The position numbers were made by a program, and so were the translations under genes. From positions 2,265-66,264 of the forward strand of contig JBFXAZ010000013.1 in the NCBI GenBank assembly GCA_050183765.1: a DNA stretch of 64,000 nt, written 5' to 3'. Positions within the stretch are counted from its first letter, which is position 1. Each line of letters begins with the position of its first letter. Source of the stretch: Reyranellaceae bacterium (GTDB lineage: Bacteria > Pseudomonadota > Alphaproteobacteria > Reyranellales > Reyranellaceae). Positions 29,165 to 38,437 of the stretch are shown here, piece by piece. A model generated the notes under the pieces. That model ran no database searches and had not been told where the DNA came from. It saw only the letters and a program-made list of their open reading frames with translations.

Positions 29165-29584
29165 TTACGACAGGGTGTCGAGGGCCTTCTGGAAGCGGCC
29201 GGCGTGGCTCTTCTCGGCCTTCGCCAGGGTCTCGAACCAGTCGGCGATCTCGCCGAAGCCCTCTTCGCGCGCGGTGCGCGCCATGCCCGGGTACATGTCG
29301 GTGTACTCGTGCGTCTCGCCGGCGATGGCGGCCTTCAGGTTGGCGCCGGTTTCGCCGATCGGCAGGCCGGTCGCGGGATCGCCGACCGCCTCAAGGAACT
29401 CCAGGTGGCCGTGGGCGTGGCCGGTCTCGCCTTCCGCCGTCGAGCGGAACACGGCGGCGACGTCGTTGTAGCCCTCGACGTCGGCCTTCTGGGCGAAATA
29501 GAGATAGCGCCGGTTGGCCTGGCTCTCGCCAGCGAACGCCGCCTTCAGGTTGCCTTCCGTCTTCGAACCGCCAAGGTTTGCCAT
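29165..29584 (-). CDS. Rubrerythrin-family ferritin-like protein (no rubredoxin domain)
   Basis: Di-iron ligand pattern E...ExxH occurs twice (GESQANRRY...[13 protein letters not shown] and [10 protein letters not shown]...[10 protein letters not shown]). GGGAGAGGA RBS precedes the ATG at 29584. Confidence 0.9.
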   Translation of the reverse strand: MANLGGSKTEGNLKAAFAGESQANRRYLYFAQKADVEGYNDVAAVFRSTAEGETGHAHGHLEFLEAVGDPATGLPIGETGANLKAAIAGETHEYTDMYPGMARTAREEGFGEIADWFETLAKAEKSHAGRFQKALDTLS

Positions 29585-29662
29585 CGTCCTCTCCCTCGTG
29601 CTTGCGCCGACAGGGCGCCGTCGCGCTCGGTATAGAAACCGGCAGGCGGACGGTCAACGGAA

Positions 29663-29679
29663 TTTAGAATCTTTCTAAA
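29663..29679. promoter_or_regulatory. Iron control element (ICE), predicted Irr operator
   Basis: Perfect TTTAGAA-TCT-TTCTAAA, extending to the 9-3-9 palindrome AATTTAGAA-TCT-TTCTAAATT. It lies 79-95 nt upstream of the rubrerythrin start codon in an otherwise GC-rich region. Confidence 0.7.
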
Positions 29680-29711
29680 TTGAGAATGAGTTGCAGGCGC
29701 AAACAGCGAGC

Positions 29712-30125
29712 CTATTTGCGGACCCGCACCACCACGTCGACCCGCTCGATATGCAGCCCCTCGGGCGCCGCGGGCAGCCTTGCTAACTCGACCTGCTCGG
29801 CAGGGATGTCGACCAGCAGGCTCTCGTCCTCGATCAGGAAATGGTGATGGGACGAGATGTTGGTATCGAAGTAGATGCGACCCGGCCCGGCCGAAACCTC
29901 GCGCAGCAGGCCGGCGGCGGTGAACTGGTTGAGCGTGTTGTAGACCGTCGCCAGCGAGACCTTGACGCCGTCCCGACGCGCCTCGGCATGCAGCTGCTCG
30001 GCCGTGACGTGGCGGTCGCGGCCGTCGCCGAACAGCAGGGTGGCCAGCGCCAGCCGTTGGCGCGTGGGCCGCAAGCCCACGCTGCGCAACCGGGCCGGAA
30101 CGGCGGTCTCGGACGAAACGGTCAT
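29712..30125 (-). CDS. irr: Fur-family iron response regulator Irr
   Basis: Start at MTVSSETAVPARLRSVGLRPTRQRLALATLLF (ATG 30125). Fur-type winged helix with an internal HHH motif (NISSHHHFLIE). The gene is divergent from fabA, as in many Alphaproteobacteria. Confidence 0.85.
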   Translation of the reverse strand: MTVSSETAVPARLRSVGLRPTRQRLALATLLFGDGRDRHVTAEQLHAEARRDGVKVSLATVYNTLNQFTAAGLLREVSAGPGRIYFDTNISSHHHFLIEDESLLVDIPAEQVELARLPAAPEGLHIERVDVVVRVRK

Positions 30126-30335
30126 CGCCTCGTCATATGCCACCGCCCGGCGCCGATGCCTAGGGGAGCCGGCGCAATTTGTCGCCGCGCGATGCCGAGG
30201 CGCCGCAATCGTCGGCCCTAAGCCTTTGAGCTTCCGGCGATTGCCATTTGCCGCCGCGGTCCTATTTGTTAGAAGCCATCGAGGGTCGCGCTCGCGGCCC
30301 GGCCCGCGATTCCCTGAGACAAGCGCGAGATCGAC

Positions 30336-30860
30336 GTGGACACGATCGCTACCAAGAACAGCTACGGTTACGACGATCTGATCAGGTGCGCCAAGGGCCT
30401 GCTCTTCGGCCCGGGCAATGCGCAATTGCCGTTGCCGCCGATGCTGATGTTCGACCGCATCACCCATATCGACGACAAGGGCGGCAAGTACGGCAAGGGC
30501 GAGATCGTCGCCGAGCTCGACGTGAAGCCCGACCTCTGGTTCTTCCCGGTGCACTTCCAGGGCGATCCCGTGATGCCAGGCTGCCTGGGACTCGACGCGA
30601 TGTGGCAGATGGTCGGCTTTTTCCTGGGGTGGCTGAAGGCACCGGGCAAGGGCCGCGCGCTGGGCGTCGGCGAGGTCAAGTTCAGCGGCATGGTGACACC
30701 CTCGATCAAGCGCGTGACCTATCGCGTCAGCATGAAGCGCGTGTTCCTGCGCAAGCTGGTGCTGGGCGTCGCCGATGGAGTCCTCGAAGCCGACGGACAG
30801 CCTGCCTTCGAGGTCAGCGACATGAAGGTCGGGTTGTTCCAGCCACAGGCGGCGGGCTGA
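30336..30860 (+). CDS. fabA: 3-hydroxydecanoyl-ACP dehydratase / trans-2-decenoyl-ACP isomerase
   Basis: Hot-dog fold with FabA active-site context [28 protein letters not shown] start. Confidence 0.95.
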   Translation: MDTIATKNSYGYDDLIRCAKGLLFGPGNAQLPLPPMLMFDRITHIDDKGGKYGKGEIVAELDVKPDLWFFPVHFQGDPVMPGCLGLDAMWQMVGFFLGWLKAPGKGRALGVGEVKFSGMVTPSIKRVTYRVSMKRVFLRKLVLGVADGVLEADGQPAFEVSDMKVGLFQPQAAG

Positions 30861-30861
30861 G

Positions 30862-32085
30862 ATGCGCCGCGTCGTCGTCACCGGGCTGGGCATCGTCTCG
30901 AGCATCGGCAACAACGCCGCCGAGGTGACTGAAAGCCTGAAGGCCGGCCGTTCGGGCATCGAGTTCGTGCCCGAGTACAAGGAGCGTGGCTTTCGCAGCC
31001 AGGTCGCCGGCACGCTCAAGGTCGATGTCGAGAAGCTGGTCGATCGCCGCCTGCGCCGCTTCATGGGCGATGGCGCCGCCTTCGCCTGGCTGGCGATGAA
31101 GGAAGCCATCGCCGATGCCGGCCTCGACGACTCCACGATCAAGTCCGAGCGCACGGCGCTGATCGCCGGCTCCGGCGGACCCAGCACCAAGGCGATCGTC
31201 GACGCCGCCGACATCGCACGCGAGAAGGGCCCCAAGCGCATCGGGCCGTTCGTGGTGCCCAAGGCGATGTCGAGCACGGTGTCGGCCAATCTCGGCACCG
31301 CCTTCGGCGTGCGCGGCCCCAGCTACTCGATCAGCTCGGCCTGCTCGACCTCGGCCCACTGCATCGGCAACGCCTACGAGACGATCCTGCTGGGCAAGGC
31401 CGATGTCGCCTTCGCCGGCGGCGGCGAGGAGCTCGACTGGCGCCTGTCGGTGCTGTTCGACGCCATGCCGGCGATGTCCTCGGGCTTCAACGACCAGCCG
31501 ACGCGCGCCTCGCGTGCCTACGACAAGGACCGCGACGGCTTCGTGATCTCCGGCGGCGGCGGCATGGTCGTGCTCGAGGACTACGAGCGCGCCCGCGCGC
31601 GCGGCGCGAAGATGTACGGCGAGATCGTCGGCTACGGCGCCACGGCAGACGGCGCCGACATGGTGGCGCCCTCGGGTGAGGGCGCGGTGCGCTGCATGCG
31701 CCTGGCGCTGGGCGGCTCGGGCCACAACCGGCCGGTCGACTACATCAACACCCACGGCACCAGCACGCCGGTCGGCGACATCACCGAGCTCGACGCCATC
31801 CGCGAGGTCTTCAACGACCGCCTGCCGACGGTGAGCTCGACCAAGTCGATGACCGGCCACAGCCAGGGCGCCACCGGCGCGCACGAGGCGATCTACACGC
31901 TCCTGATGCTGCAGAATGACTTCATCGCGCCGTCGATCAACATCGACAATCTCGATCCAGGCGCCGCCGATTATCCCATCGCGCGCGCGCGCGTCGACGA
32001 CGCCGGGCTGGAGCGCGTGATGTCCAACAGCTTCGGCTTCGGCGGCACCAACGCCGTCCTGCTGTTCCAGAGGGTCGGCGCATGA
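30862..32085 (+). CDS. fabB: Beta-ketoacyl-ACP synthase I
   Basis: 407 aa with the active-site Cys context [13 protein letters not shown], plus His-His ([19 protein letters not shown]). Confidence 0.95.
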   Translation: MRRVVVTGLGIVSSIGNNAAEVTESLKAGRSGIEFVPEYKERGFRSQVAGTLKVDVEKLVDRRLRRFMGDGAAFAWLAMKEAIADAGLDDSTIKSERTALIAGSGGPSTKAIVDAADIAREKGPKRIGPFVVPKAMSSTVSANLGTAFGVRGPSYSISSACSTSAHCIGNAYETILLGKADVAFAGGGEELDWRLSVLFDAMPAMSSGFNDQPTRASRAYDKDRDGFVISGGGGMVVLEDYERARARGAKMYGEIVGYGATADGADMVAPSGEGAVRCMRLALGGSGHNRPVDYINTHGTSTPVGDITELDAIREVFNDRLPTVSSTKSMTGHSQGATGAHEAIYTLLMLQNDFIAPSINIDNLDPGAADYPIARARVDDAGLERVMSNSFGFGGTNAVLLFQRVGA

Positions 32086-32144
32086 GTCCCGATTCCGTGG
32101 GCGGTCCCTCTTCGGCGGACGCCGCCAGTCGCGCCTCCGGTCTG

Positions 32145-32942
32145 ATGGCCGGCCGCCGCGGCCTGATCATGGGCGTGGCCAACGACCGCTCGATCGCCTG
32201 GGGCATCGCGCGGGCCTGCCACGCCGCCGGCGCCGAGCTCGCCTTCACCTACCAGGGCGACGTATTCGGCCAGCGCGTCAAGCCGCTGGTCGGCAAGCTG
32301 GGCGCAAAGCTCGTGCTGCCCGCCGACGTCGAGGACGATGCCAGCCTCGACCAGCTGTTCGACACGCTGAAGAAGGAATGGGGCCGGCTCGATTTCCTCG
32401 TGCACGCCATCGCCTATTCCGACAAGGACGAGCTCAAGGGCCGCTACGTTGATACCAGCCGCGCCAACTTCCAGCGCAGCCTGACCATCTCCTGCTTCTC
32501 GCTCACCGACCTGGCGCGGCGGGCGCAACCGCTGATGACCAATGGCGGCAGCCTGATCACGTTGACCTACGGCGGCGCGCGCCATGTGATGCCGAGCTAC
32601 AACGTCATGGGTGTCGCCAAGGCCGCGCTCGAGGCCAGCGTGCGCTACCTCGCCGCCGACCTCGGCCCGCACAAGATCCGCGTCAACGCCATCTCGGCAG
32701 GCCCGATGCGCACGCTCGCCGCCGCCGTGATCGGCGATGGCCGCTACGTCTATCGCACGACGCGCGAAGTGGCGCCGCTTCGCCGCAACATCGACCAGGC
32801 CGATGTCGGCGGCGCCGCGCTCTACCTGCTGTCGGACCTGTCGGCCGGCGTCACCGGCGAAGTGCATCATGTCGACGCCGGCTACCATGTGATGGGTATG
32901 GCGCCGCCTTCCGCGGCGGTTGGCGGCAGCGGCGAGGAATAG
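32145..32942 (+). CDS. fabI: Enoyl-ACP reductase (NADH)
   Basis: MAGRRGLIMGVANDRSIAWGIARA... is a typical FabI N-terminus, and the catalytic region is YNVMGVAKAALEASVRYLA. ATG 32082 is an alternative start, but that extension has atypical codon third positions. Confidence 0.92.
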   Translation: MAGRRGLIMGVANDRSIAWGIARACHAAGAELAFTYQGDVFGQRVKPLVGKLGAKLVLPADVEDDASLDQLFDTLKKEWGRLDFLVHAIAYSDKDELKGRYVDTSRANFQRSLTISCFSLTDLARRAQPLMTNGGSLITLTYGGARHVMPSYNVMGVAKAALEASVRYLAADLGPHKIRVNAISAGPMRTLAAAVIGDGRYVYRTTREVAPLRRNIDQADVGGAALYLLSDLSAGVTGEVHHVDAGYHVMGMAPPSAAVGGSGEE

Positions 32943-32981
32943 GCGGCAAGGGCCGCGCACAACAGTTCGGGACGTTCTGCG

Positions 32982-34367
32982 GTGAGCGAGAGCGAGGCGA
33001 TCATGCCGGCGCCTTCCGCGCCGTCGGCGGCCGCTCAAGCGGTGGCTGCCGCGCGGCGTACGCGTCCGAGCTTCGACGAGACGACAGCGTTTCTCGAAGG
33101 ACGCGCCGGCGTGCGCTTGCGCTCGCTGGTGCAGATTCGCTGGGTTGCCGTCGCCGGCCAGGCGGTGACCGCGGGCGCCGTTCACTGGGGCCTGGGGTTC
33201 AAGCTGCCGGTGCTGTTCGTGTTCGGCACCATCGGCATGTCGGCCCTGCTCAACCTGATCTTCGAGCTCGGCCGGCCCTCCAGCGCACAGTTGCGCGACC
33301 GCGAGGCCGCGGTCTTCCTCGGCTTCGACGTGCTGCAGCTCACCCTGCTGCTCTATCTCACCGGCGGCATCGCCAATCCCTTCGTGCTGCTGCTGCTGGC
33401 GCCGGTCGCGGTCGCCGGCTCTAATCTGTCGCGCCGCAGCGTCACCGTGCTCACCGGGCTCAGCGTGCTGTGCACCGGACTGGTCACCCTGTTTCACCTG
33501 CCGCTGCCATGGGACGGCACGCCGCCGGTCCTGCCGCCGATCTTCGTCATCGCGGTCTGGCTGGCGGTGACGCTGTCGATCGTGCTGATCGCGCTCTATA
33601 CGTGGCGGCTCGCCGACGAGAGCCGAAGGATGCGCGATGCGCTGGCCGCCGTGGCGGCGACCCTGGCGCATGAGCAGCGCATCTCCGCTCTGGGCGCCCT
33701 GGCGGCGGCGGCGGCGCACGAGCTGGGCAGCCCGCTGTCGACCATCGCGGTGGTCAGTCGCGAGATGCAGCGCGAGGTCGAGGCCGACGATCCGCTGCGC
33801 GAGGACGTGGATCTGCTGGTCGATCAGGCGGAGCGCTGCCGTACCATTCTCGCACGGCTGAGCGTCGATCCGGTGGGCGACGTGTCGGACGCCTATACGG
33901 TCGTGCCGGTCCCCGCCCTGGTGGAGGCGGCGGCTGAGCCATGGAACGATGGCCGGGTGACGATCGAGTTCGAGGCCGGCCGTGCTGCCCCCTCGGCGCC
34001 GGAGGTTGCACCGGTCATGGTGCGTGGCCCCGAGTTCCTGCAGGGAATCGGCAACTTGGTGCAGAACGCCTGCGGCTTCGCCCAGTCGAAGGTCGTGATC
34101 AGCACACGATGGACGGCCGCGTGGGTCGAAGTGACCGTGCAGGATGACGGGCCGGGCTTTCCCGATACCTTGCTGGACGAGCTGGGCGCCCCGTTCCTGT
34201 CGACGCGCGGGAGCACCGACGGCCACATGGGCCTGGGCGTGTTCATCGCCAAGACCCTGCTGGAACGAACCGGGGCCATCATTCGTTTCGACAATCGCCC
34301 GCCCTCGGCAGGCAGCGGCGCCCGAGTCACGGCGCGCTGGAAGAACCCGGTATTCCGGTCTACTTAA
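32982..34367 (+). CDS. regB: Redox-responsive sensor histidine kinase (RegB/PrrB/ActS family)
   Basis: Multi-TM N-terminal domain, H-box AAAAHELGSPLSTI, and an ATPase domain (GNLVQNACGFA, DDGPGF, GLGVFIAKTLLE). Confidence 0.85.
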   Translation: MSESEAIMPAPSAPSAAAQAVAAARRTRPSFDETTAFLEGRAGVRLRSLVQIRWVAVAGQAVTAGAVHWGLGFKLPVLFVFGTIGMSALLNLIFELGRPSSAQLRDREAAVFLGFDVLQLTLLLYLTGGIANPFVLLLLAPVAVAGSNLSRRSVTVLTGLSVLCTGLVTLFHLPLPWDGTPPVLPPIFVIAVWLAVTLSIVLIALYTWRLADESRRMRDALAAVAATLAHEQRISALGALAAAAAHELGSPLSTIAVVSREMQREVEADDPLREDVDLLVDQAERCRTILARLSVDPVGDVSDAYTVVPVPALVEAAAEPWNDGRVTIEFEAGRAAPSAPEVAPVMVRGPEFLQGIGNLVQNACGFAQSKVVISTRWTAAWVEVTVQDDGPGFPDTLLDELGAPFLSTRGSTDGHMGLGVFIAKTLLERTGAIIRFDNRPPSAGSGARVTARWKNPVFRST

Positions 34368-34421
34368 GGTCAACGGGCAGTCGCCCGCCGACAGCATTCG
34401 AAAGCGAGCAGGGGACGAACC

Positions 34422-35009
34422 GTGGCCAACCGCGACGAGAAACCCGGCGCGGCCGCGACAGCGGCGGATGCCGGCGACGATACGGAGCGCAGCCTCCTGA
34501 TCGCCGATGACGACCAGGCGTTCCGCATCCGGCTGGCGCGCGCCATGGAGCAGCGCGGCTATGTGGTGACGTCCGTCGGCTCGGTCGCCGAGGCGCTGGC
34601 GCAGGCGGCGTCGCCGCCGGCCTATGCAGTCATCGACCTGCGGCTGGGCGACGGCAACGGGCTGGAGATCGTCGGCCCGCTGCGCAAGGCGCGTCCCGAC
34701 ATGCGCATCGTCGTGCTCACCGGTTATGGCAACATCGCCACCGCCGTCGCCGCGGTGAAGGAAGGCGCGGTCGACTACCTGTCGAAGCCGGCCGACGCCG
34801 ACGCCATCGAACAGGCGCTGGTGGCGCACGGCAAGAAGCTGCCGCCGCCGCCGAGCAATCCGATGTCAGCCGATCGCGTGCGCTGGGAGCACATCCAGCG
34901 CGTCTTCGAGCAATGCGATCGCAACGTGTCGGAAACCGCGCGGCGGCTCAATATGCATCGCCGCACCCTGCAGCGGATTCTCGGCAAGCACGCACCGCGC
35001 GAGCAGTAG
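34422..35009 (+). CDS. regA: Response regulator (RegA/PrrA/ActR family)
   Basis: Receiver domain LLIADDDQAFRIRLARAM...DLRLGDGNG, and the highly conserved Fis-type HTH NVSETARRLNMHRRTLQRIL. Confidence 0.9.
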   Translation: MANRDEKPGAAATAADAGDDTERSLLIADDDQAFRIRLARAMEQRGYVVTSVGSVAEALAQAASPPAYAVIDLRLGDGNGLEIVGPLRKARPDMRIVVLTGYGNIATAVAAVKEGAVDYLSKPADADAIEQALVAHGKKLPPPPSNPMSADRVRWEHIQRVFEQCDRNVSETARRLNMHRRTLQRILGKHAPREQ

Positions 35010-35053
35010 GCCGAAGGCCCCGCAGGACGCCGTGTCCCGGGGGCGCAGACGGT

Positions 35054-36160
35054 TCAGCTCGGGCTGAGCGGCGTCGGGTCCGGCGGCTTGGGGTCGGCCT
35101 CGACGATCGGCGTGGTGGTCTTGGTCGTCGTCGTCGGACGTCCGGATGGCAGCCTGGCGAGCGCCCGGTCGATCTTCTCCTGCTCCTGGAGGCAGGTCGC
35201 ATCCGAGGCGGCCGCGCCCGGCGCCGAGGCATCGAGCAGGAAGGAGGAGGGCTGGTTGGCCGGCTCGACGATCACGGCACCGACCTCGATGCCGGCGGGG
35301 AAGCCGAGGGTCAGCTGGCCACGATCGCTGTCGGTCTCGAACACGATCGCCGGCGCGCTGCCCGGCAACAGGTTGGCGGCGGCCACCGCCCGATCGCGAT
35401 CGTCGCCGACCAGCACGCCACGCTGCAGCCAGCGGTTGGGAGAGACGGCCAGCACCTCAAGCACACGGCCGTTCACCTCGATGCTCGATCCGAAGGGCAG
35501 GTGCTCTGCCTGGACACGCTGCTGCGTCGAGCCCAACAGGATGACACGCAGGCGGCCCTGCGGTACCGCGGTCTTGAAGGCGCGCACGTCGAGAAGCGAG
35601 TCGCCGGTCAGGACATAGTTCTCGATATAGAGCGCGCCACGCGGGCCACCAGCGATACGGCTGTCGCCCGGCACGATCGGAATGGCGCCGGCCGAGGGCT
35701 GGGTGCCGCGCGGCTGGAAGTCGAAGGCGAGCGAGCCGGCAGGCATGCTCCAGCGCTTCACGCCCACGGCATTGATGAGATAGGCCGAGCAGACGTTGCT
35801 CTTCGCCATGCGCGCCACGTCATGTGCCGGCGACTGCGCGACGGTGGCCGTGCCCAGCGACTGACGCCCGGTCTGGCAATCGCCGCGGCGGCAGCGCTCG
35901 TCGATCGCTTCAAGCAGGCGTATCGCCCGGGCACTGGTCTGGGCACGATCCCCGAAGGTTGGCCGCTCTTCGCCCCGGATGAAGTCGTCGGCCTGCTTGC
36001 GCCAGCCGGCATCGTTGCGCGCGGCACCCTCGACAATGGCGCTGATTTCGCGGCCATCGCTGTCGGGTGTCGCGGCGGCCAACTGCGGGGACTGCGCAGC
36101 GGCGCCAAAGGCGACAGCGACAAGGGCGGAACAGATCGGGAATAGAGCGCGCAAATTCAT
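35054..36160 (-). CDS. Secreted protein of unknown function, paralog A (Thr/Pro-rich C-terminal tail)
   Basis: Signal peptide MNLRALFPICSALVAVAFGAAAQ. It shares blocks with the 38438..39505 product (GDSLLDVRAFK, LPGSAPAIVFE, VEPANQPS, CLQEQEKID). The tail is PTTTTKTTTPIVEADPKPPDP. Confidence 0.62.
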   Translation of the reverse strand: MNLRALFPICSALVAVAFGAAAQSPQLAAATPDSDGREISAIVEGAARNDAGWRKQADDFIRGEERPTFGDRAQTSARAIRLLEAIDERCRRGDCQTGRQSLGTATVAQSPAHDVARMAKSNVCSAYLINAVGVKRWSMPAGSLAFDFQPRGTQPSAGAIPIVPGDSRIAGGPRGALYIENYVLTGDSLLDVRAFKTAVPQGRLRVILLGSTQQRVQAEHLPFGSSIEVNGRVLEVLAVSPNRWLQRGVLVGDDRDRAVAAANLLPGSAPAIVFETDSDRGQLTLGFPAGIEVGAVIVEPANQPSSFLLDASAPGAAASDATCLQEQEKIDRALARLPSGRPTTTTKTTTPIVEADPKPPDPTPLSPS

Positions 36161-36329
36161 TTTGATCAATTCTAGGTTCAATATCAGACTCTATAATATT
36201 GATTTTATTGTATTTTCGCCACAGGATTCTTTGGCGGTCAGGCGGGCAATTAAAATGCAATAATATCAATCATTTAGTGAGCTTTATTGATCTAAAACTA
36301 CGGATATCCACCCGATGTTCGCACGCCAC

Positions 36330-36358
36330 AAAGAAAACGGGCCGGCAAAGCCGGCCCG
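36330..36358 (-). terminator. Rho-independent terminator after the Wza-like gene
   Basis: On the minus strand, hairpin CGGGCCGGC-TTT-GCCGGCCCG followed by TTTTCTTT, 25 nt after the stop at 36383. Confidence 0.6.
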
Positions 36359-36382
36359 TTCGAACTCGAATCGACGGATTGA

Positions 36383-37015
36383 TCAGAAGAACTTGCGCGG
36401 CACTTCGACGGTATCGCCCGGCAGGAGCGGCGTCTCGGCATTGCCCTCGAGCTTCTCCCCGGCCCGATAGATGATGGCGGTCTCGGTGCTGCCCCGGCGC
36501 TCGTAGCCGCCGGCCATCGCGACCGCCCCACGGACATCCATACCGAACGAGAACGGATAACGACCCGCCTGGCGGACCTGGCCGAGCACGGTCACCGGCC
36601 TGTAGCCGACGACCTGCACGGTGACCTTGGGATCGCGCAGGATGCCGCCCTGGGAGAACTTGGCGCGGATCTCGTCCTGCACCTCGCCGACCGTGCGATT
36701 GCCGGCCGCCACCTCGCCGATCAGCGCGACGACGATCTTGCCGCCGGCATCGACCTCCAGCTCACCGCCGAGGTCGGACTGGCCCAGCACGACCACCTTC
36801 ACCTTGTCGCCGACGCCGAGCTTGTAGTCGAGGCCACCGACCCCGCCGAGCTGCTTCGGTGCCGGCTTGCTGGGGCCGCTGCTCGACGAGGTATCGCACG
36901 CCGCCAGGGCGACGGCGACGAGGCCGCCCAGCAGCAGGCTGACCAGGAAGCGGAACGTGTCGCCGAAGCGCGTAAGGCTGTGCTGACTTGTCACGATGAG
37001 ATCATCCCGCAGCAA
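36383..37015 (-). CDS. Polysaccharide export outer-membrane lipoprotein (Wza/GumB-like: Poly_export + SLBB)
   Basis: Lipobox LVAVALAAC. Poly_export-like YKLGVGDKVKVVVLGQSDLGGELEVDAGGKIVVALIGEVAAGNRTVGEVQDEI followed by SLBB-like VTVLGQVRQAGRYPF. A non-ATG start (TTG 37015 or GTG 36994) is required. Confidence 0.8.
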   Translation of the reverse strand: MLRDDLIVTSQHSLTRFGDTFRFLVSLLLGGLVAVALAACDTSSSSGPSKPAPKQLGGVGGLDYKLGVGDKVKVVVLGQSDLGGELEVDAGGKIVVALIGEVAAGNRTVGEVQDEIRAKFSQGGILRDPKVTVQVVGYRPVTVLGQVRQAGRYPFSFGMDVRGAVAMAGGYERRGSTETAIIYRAGEKLEGNAETPLLPGDTVEVPRKFF

Positions 37016-37039
37016 TTTCCTACAAGCTGCGGGAAGATA

Positions 37040-38434
37040 TCACAATTGTCCGCCGAGCGTTAGCAAGTAGCGGTTGTCGCGGTAGGCGAAACCCGCGGTA
37101 TCCGAAACGCGGCGTTCGTGGACGTAGCGCGGTCCGACGAAGACCTGCGGGATGATGTAGTACTTCGCGCCGATGTCGAAGATGAAATAGTTGTCGGTGC
37201 GATCGAGCGGGGTGGTGTAGTCGTACCGCTGCCAGGAGAAGCCGGCATCGACCAGCAGCTCGTCGATCGGCAGGTAGCCGACACGCAGCTGCAGGCCGGT
37301 ATTGATGGCGTTGCCGGACGCCACGCCACCGACCGCCGTCCGGTACTCGGTGACGCCGCGACGACCTTCCAGCTCGACCGAGATCGTGTCGGTCGGATTC
37401 CAGTACAGGCGCGCGAGCGCCGACAGACCGCCGATCGACGACAGGCGCGGATCGCTGAAGCTGCGGCGGAAATAGCCGAGGCCCAGTTCAGCGGTCACGG
37501 TACGCGTGACGTCGTAGGCGATGCCGGCACGAATGTCGAAGCCGTGCGAGTTGCGCTGGAAACCGAACGGATCGACGGCGTTGTCGTAGCGCACCCACTG
37601 GTAGGACGGATCGATGAAGACGGACAGCTCCGGCGTGACCTTGTAGCCGAAGCGGCCGGCGACCTCGAACTGGTTGAAGTCCTGATTGGTGCCGCCCGTG
37701 CCCGTGACATAGGTCACGCGCTGGAAGCGGGGCCCGATGCGGACAAAGAAGGGATCGCCGTTGTAGCTGACCGACAGCCCGGTGGTGAGCTGGTGCACGA
37801 TCGAATCAGTGCCGCCGCCGAGCGTACCTGGCTGGCCGGGACCGAGATGGACGCGCGAGAACTCTGCCTCGCCGTTGAGCGCGAACTCGTCGTTGATGTC
37901 GAAGCGGCCACGCGTGCCGACCTGGAATGATTCGTAGCTCTGGCCGGTGTTCGAGACGACGCGCGCCAACTCGCCCAGCGCGTAGAACTGCAGGGCGTGC
38001 ACGTCCCATTCGCTGTCGACGGTCACGCCCGGACGGACGCGGAACACCCAGTCGCTGACACGGTTGGTATCCGTGCGGAAGATGTTGTCGTCGAATTCGA
38101 CGTCGACGGCCAGTCGCGGGTGCACGACGAAGCTGCCGAGCGCGATGCCTTCCAGCTGGTCGCCGCGCGGCCCGCGCAGCACCGAGGCGTCACGCGCCGA
38201 GAGCTCCTGGACCTGGCCGCTGGGCGGCGCCGTCGTGCGCGAAACCGGCGCCGGCGTGGCCGGGCGCACGCCCGGCTGCACGCCGCTGGGCGGAGTCGTG
38301 GTGGTGGTCGTCGGCGTGGTGGTGGTCTGCGCCACCGCAATCGCCGACCACGTCACCACGGCGAGGCCGAGGGCGACGAGCGCGGTGCTCGACGCCGTCG
38401 GGAGGCCGCGCCGGAGCCAGGATGTCGGGTGCAT
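37040..38434 (-). CDS. Outer-membrane beta-barrel protein (EPS-locus-associated BBP2-like)
   Basis: Signal peptide, a poly-Thr/Pro spacer (QTTTTPTTTTTTPPSG), then alternating amphipathic beta-strand pattern ending in ...YLLTLGGQL. My family assignment is by resemblance only. Confidence 0.65.
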   Translation of the reverse strand: MHPTSWLRRGLPTASSTALVALGLAVVTWSAIAVAQTTTTPTTTTTTPPSGVQPGVRPATPAPVSRTTAPPSGQVQELSARDASVLRGPRGDQLEGIALGSFVVHPRLAVDVEFDDNIFRTDTNRVSDWVFRVRPGVTVDSEWDVHALQFYALGELARVVSNTGQSYESFQVGTRGRFDINDEFALNGEAEFSRVHLGPGQPGTLGGGTDSIVHQLTTGLSVSYNGDPFFVRIGPRFQRVTYVTGTGGTNQDFNQFEVAGRFGYKVTPELSVFIDPSYQWVRYDNAVDPFGFQRNSHGFDIRAGIAYDVTRTVTAELGLGYFRRSFSDPRLSSIGGLSALARLYWNPTDTISVELEGRRGVTEYRTAVGGVASGNAINTGLQLRVGYLPIDELLVDAGFSWQRYDYTTPLDRTDNYFIFDIGAKYYIIPQVFVGPRYVHERRVSDTAGFAYRDNRYLLTLGGQL

Positions 38435-38437
38435 CCG

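Noticed and set aside
32082-32144. N-terminal 21-codon extension of fabI starting at the ATG that overlaps the fabB stop.
   Set aside because: FabI homologs normally begin near the ...GLM-x-G-K/R-RGLIMGVAN segment. The extension has many T-ending codons, unlike the surrounding coding DNA. The longer start remains possible, so it is flagged in the evidence rather than called.
36340-36382. The GTTCGAA-containing sequence after the hairpin considered as a tRNA fragment or integration scar.
   Set aside because: There is no acceptor, anticodon or T-arm architecture. The hairpin plus T-tract is fully explained as the terminator of the Wza-like gene.
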